A stretch of 54,863 bases of DNA from the NCBI GenBank assembly GCA_002436205.1, contig DJKT01000024.1:1-54863 (forward strand), read 5' to 3'. Positions 51,472 to 54,863 of this stretch are shown piece by piece (position 1 is the stretch's first letter; each line of letters opens with the position of its first letter). This DNA is from Candidatus Peribacter sp. UBA6535 (GTDB lineage: Bacteria; Patescibacteriota; Gracilibacteria; Peribacterales; Peribacteraceae). The notes under the pieces are model-generated. The model made no database searches and was not told where the DNA came from. It was given only the letters and a program-made list of their open reading frames with translations. Made by a program: the position numbers and the translations under genes.

Positions 51472-54000
51472 CTATTGATGGTACCGTGATTCCATAGCCT
51501 GAAGGAAGGCTACAGTCATCTGTTGATCTTTTCGACGACGGAGATACCAGTGATACAGCACGCCACTCATTCCAAGAACACTCCAGAGCATCCACATAGG
51601 AATTCCTTCTTTCGAGAGAGGGATCTGCTTTACAGGTCTTGTCACCGGAGGTGCACTTGCACGGAGATCTAGTGGTACGGAGTCTGATCTTCCTGCGGTA
51701 AATCCTCCTCCGATAGGAGTACCTTGTCCGGTAGCAGCGAGATCCTCGAGTGCTTCACCTGTTGTTGTTATCGGTGTGAGTTTGAGATAGTACGTTATAC
51801 CATTCATCAGATCACGTAGTGTAAATGCGCGCAGTTGCCCATTAAGTGTTTTCTTTTCTACTTCTCCCTCTCTACTTGGGTCATCCAATGCTTCAATTTC
51901 TGTGGAGTATTGCATTATGAAGTTTGCGAGAGGAATTTCCTGCTGGAGACTTGTCCATTCTACAAAGAGTGATCCATCACCTGGTGTGACATCCAGCTTC
52001 ACGCCGAGCACTGTTGCGCTGACGATTTCACTTTTTAGTTCACTCTCGCGTTCTCCCTCTAGAGCAGTAATGGCAAAGAAGTACGATGTACCAGGACTTA
52101 AGCCCGCTACAGTTGCTGCTGCTGTTGGCCTGTCTGTATCGAGAGTGTAGATAAATTCATCCGGTGTGGTACCGACGTAGATGCGGTATGCATCAATATC
52201 ATCATTGGTAATAGGATCCCAACGCAGTGCAATAGCATTGATCTGTGCTTCAGCAATTACGCTCTGTACTTGCGGAAGTCCACGAAGACCTACAGGAAGA
52301 GTGCCTGTGCTTTGTGCAGTATTCCCCAGGTCATCTGTTGCTGTTACTATGGCTTCATAAGAGCCAGCGATAGGTGCAGTAAGTAACATCTGATATTTAC
52401 CAGAGTTTGGATCGGTGTTTGTAAGTGTGTAGGCTTCTTCGTTGAATGTCATAGTAATCTCGGCAAGCCCCGGCTCTGACTCTACGATGACGAGTACATC
52501 GGTTTCTTCTATGGGATTCTCCGGCGTAAAGTTGATAGAGCTAATCTCCGGTGGAGTCACATCAATAGAGAACGTGATGTTGCCTTTATTTTGTGGAGCG
52601 TCCTTATCGTAAACAGTGATGGTGTGTTCTACTGTAGATGCATCAAGAGAGATTGGAATAGAGAAGTTTCCTTGGCGGTCTGTTTCATCTTCTACTTCTT
52701 GCGTTCCACCACTGACGATAATGTTGATAAATGAGGGTCCGGTTCCTTCGATAACAATCTCTGTCTCATTGAGTAGGTCACTGTTCCTCGGTGATGTTAT
52801 CAATATTTTTTCTTCTGCTGCTGCAAAAACTTGTTTTGGTGTGACGTTTACATCCAGATTCCCCAGAGCAAGAGAGAGGTCTGATGGAATCTCATCTGCA
52901 CGTTCTGTCAGAATCATCTTCTGTCTTCCTGATGCAGAAAACTTGAGTCCTAAGGTAAACATCTTGCGACCTTCATCTTCGAATCGGAAGTCGTATACAC
53001 CAAACGAAGGCAGTGTTGCTTCGGGGTCTGTTGTTGCGAGGTAGACGGTGCCAATATAGTCATAGAATGGCTGACCGAATTGGTCTACTACGGTTAAGAG
53101 CATACTTTCTGCTTTGTACTGTTCCATGTCGATGACATCGACAGGGAAGCCGCTACTATCGACGTCTGGCCGCTTAGCTCTTTCGATTACTTCAATTTCT
53201 ATATGATCAAATCGAGGAGCTTCTCCTGCCTGTGCACGGAATTGGCTTCCTCCACCAAGAAGATTGGCGGAGTACGGGTTACCACGGTAAAACTGTTGCT
53301 GCTTCGCGGGGGTAGAGTAGGCGACCCGCATACCAGCACTCTGTGCGGTACGGGGCGCAGCAGGCCCACCAACAGCTCCGTGTAAATCGCCGGCAGCAAT
53401 CTCGGTAGCACTTTTGAGTGTCTGACCGGAAATAAGATCAATAGCACGGAGAGAGATAGCACCGGGCACAGCTGCTCTGACAATGAATTGCTGCTCACCG
53501 TACATATCCGTCTCTCGGCTTAGTGCCTGTATCAAGTCATCTGCTCTGCTGGAGACAAGCTCTGTAGAGCGACCAGCAAGCGCATTACCAAATCGGTCTG
53601 TCAGTACTACGGTTACGGTGATCTCTTCCCCTACGGCAATGGATGTCTTTGGAGTATCAATAAAACTTGCTAGGAGATCCACGCTATCAGGATGGACGGT
53701 GAGCGTGTCTGCCACTGCGTCATTTACGGTGAGGTTATATTCTCCTGCTACCTGTAGATCGTTTCCTGCTATCCATGTATGAGCTATGCCCTCATCTCCG
53801 ACGTGGAGAATATGCGTAAATTCATCTCCAAGAGGGGAGCCAATTGAAAGTGTCGCTTGTGTACCGGGATGTAGATCAGAAATCACAACTTCGGTAGCAA
53901 CTCCTGCAATCGTATCGAGTGCATCAATAGTTGCTGCCTGCAATCCCATAGGGAGCGCAAGTAGTATGCTAAAGAGAAGTGTGTATGTTTGTTTTTTCAT
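51472..54000 (-). CDS. Surface protein with Ig-like and fibronectin type III domains and C-terminal TM
   Basis: Signal peptide, V.LTD..GN Big-like repeat, L.W....Y.IY...GL.PG..Y.F.ITA FN3 repeats, LSKEG + TM + RRRK. Confidence 0.85.
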   Translation of the reverse strand: MKKQTYTLLFSILLALPMGLQAATIDALDTIAGVATEVVISDLHPGTQATLSIGSPLGDEFTHILHVGDEGIAHTWIAGNDLQVAGEYNLTVNDAVADTLTVHPDSVDLLASFIDTPKTSIAVGEEITVTVVLTDRFGNALAGRSTELVSSRADDLIQALSRETDMYGEQQFIVRAAVPGAISLRAIDLISGQTLKSATEIAAGDLHGAVGGPAAPRTAQSAGMRVAYSTPAKQQQFYRGNPYSANLLGGGSQFRAQAGEAPRFDHIEIEVIERAKRPDVDSSGFPVDVIDMEQYKAESMLLTVVDQFGQPFYDYIGTVYLATTDPEATLPSFGVYDFRFEDEGRKMFTLGLKFSASGRQKMILTERADEIPSDLSLALGNLDVNVTPKQVFAAAEEKILITSPRNSDLLNETEIVIEGTGPSFINIIVSGGTQEVEDETDRQGNFSIPISLDASTVEHTITVYDKDAPQNKGNITFSIDVTPPEISSINFTPENPIEETDVLVIVESEPGLAEITMTFNEEAYTLTNTDPNSGKYQMLLTAPIAGSYEAIVTATDDLGNTAQSTGTLPVGLRGLPQVQSVIAEAQINAIALRWDPITNDDIDAYRIYVGTTPDEFIYTLDTDRPTAAATVAGLSPGTSYFFAITALEGERESELKSEIVSATVLGVKLDVTPGDGSLFVEWTSLQQEIPLANFIMQYSTEIEALDDPSREGEVEKKTLNGQLRAFTLRDLMNGITYYLKLTPITTTGEALEDLAATGQGTPIGGGFTAGRSDSVPLDLRASAPPVTRPVKQIPLSKEGIPMWMLWSVLGMSGVLYHWYLRRRKDQQMTVAFLQAMESRYHQ

Positions 54001-54117
54001 AAATCATAGTATTTTAGCATCATTTGGCGTTTTGCTCAATTCTGTAGGTGTTTCTATAACAATATTTGAGGTTTTGTCTACTTAGATATTCGATGCCTTT
54101 CTCTATGCTATGCGTAG

Positions 54118-54681
54118 ATGAAAAAGCGCATTGCATTACTTTCGGTGTCACTTCTCCTCACAGCTTGCGGAGGGGGCTCTGGTGATAAGGTTTCTTGTGA
54201 CGTAAACTACTGGGATGGAACGTTTGGTACCTGTCTACCGGAGAGCTGGGAGATACTAAATACAGAAACACTCAGGCAGCGCGGTGTTCCGGAGGAGACT
54301 ATTGCTGCATTCCAGTCCTCGGAGTCTCACTCGGGACAATTCCCGACAGTAGCGGTAACACGTGAACGTTTGGCGAATGTTGTTGACCCAAAGCAATACA
54401 GTGATGCAAATATGCGCTCTGTAGAAGTGTTAGATGGTTATGAACACGTAGATACTCGGGACTTTGAGATTGATGGTAGCAAGATCAGTTTGCACGTCTT
54501 TACCGGACAACCTATAGAAGGGGAGCCTCGTAGAAGGTTTTACCAAGTCAGTACAACAGTAGAAGATACTGGGTACACGGTGACTGCCGTTTCTCCTGTC
54601 TCCATCAATAAAGAGCTCGAAGGACACATCCTTCTGATACTCGAGCAGGTGACGTTTGAGGAACCAAAAGAGGAGGAATAA
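54118..54681 (+). CDS. Putative lipoprotein (PsbP/DcrB-like)
   Basis: Lipobox LLLTAC; LP..W motif and beta-rich core. Confidence 0.7.
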   Translation: MKKRIALLSVSLLLTACGGGSGDKVSCDVNYWDGTFGTCLPESWEILNTETLRQRGVPEETIAAFQSSESHSGQFPTVAVTRERLANVVDPKQYSDANMRSVEVLDGYEHVDTRDFEIDGSKISLHVFTGQPIEGEPRRRFYQVSTTVEDTGYTVTAVSPVSINKELEGHILLILEQVTFEEPKEEE

Positions 54682-54689
54682 AAAATGGA

Positions 54690-54717
54690 TAGAGGATAGT
54701 GGATAGTGGATAGTGGG
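54690..54717. repeat. Heptamer tract
   Basis: tagagga tagtgga tagtgga tagtggg. Confidence 0.85.
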
Positions 54718-54741
54718 TTTGCTACTATTCAGTGCGCAAAT

Positions 54742-54816
<75 letters not shown>

Positions 54817-54839
54817 ACTTTTTTTGTATGGTCTATTTC

Positions 54840-54863
54840 TCTTGTCCCTTTTTTCTTGATAAA
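54840..54863 (+). repeat. Start of another family A repeat, truncated by the window end
   Basis: 24-bp identity with 27442-27465. Confidence 0.75.

Overview
Chromosomal window from a bacterium using genetic code 11. Gene content and style suggest a Patescibacteria/CPR genome, probably Peregrinibacteria/Peribacteria-like (inference). Housekeeping genes include pyrD-pyrK, a DEAD-box helicase, comEC, rsmA, pcrA, rpsO, pnp, valS, lexA-dinB, rplJ-rplL with an L10 leader, dtd, a RelA/SpoT homologue, tig, secF, tRNA-Glu and tRNA-Cys. There are also large surface proteins (SLH, Cys-rich DUF4215-like, FN3/Ig), tandem GT-C-like membrane proteins and one complete IS481-like element with a 5-bp target duplication. 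The most notable signals lie outside the ORF track. (1) Between rpsO and pnp, a TrpR-family gene, a TrpR-like operator and a Trp-Trp leader attenuator precede an unknown protein and an amino-acid racemase rather than trp genes. (2) A second, Phe/Tyr-rich leader attenuator precedes an orphan gene. (3) A four-helix-bundle gene sits between lexA and dinB, bracketed by inverted TAG-N4 heptamer tracts; an empty inverted pair and solo tracts occur elsewhere, some in-frame inside proteins. (4) A ~400-nt structured, promoter- and terminator-bounded candidate ncRNA lies at 48.0-48.4 kb. (5) Several palindromic or MITE-like repeat families are present. (6) A synonymously recoded copy of the pyrD 5' end lies just upstream of pyrD.
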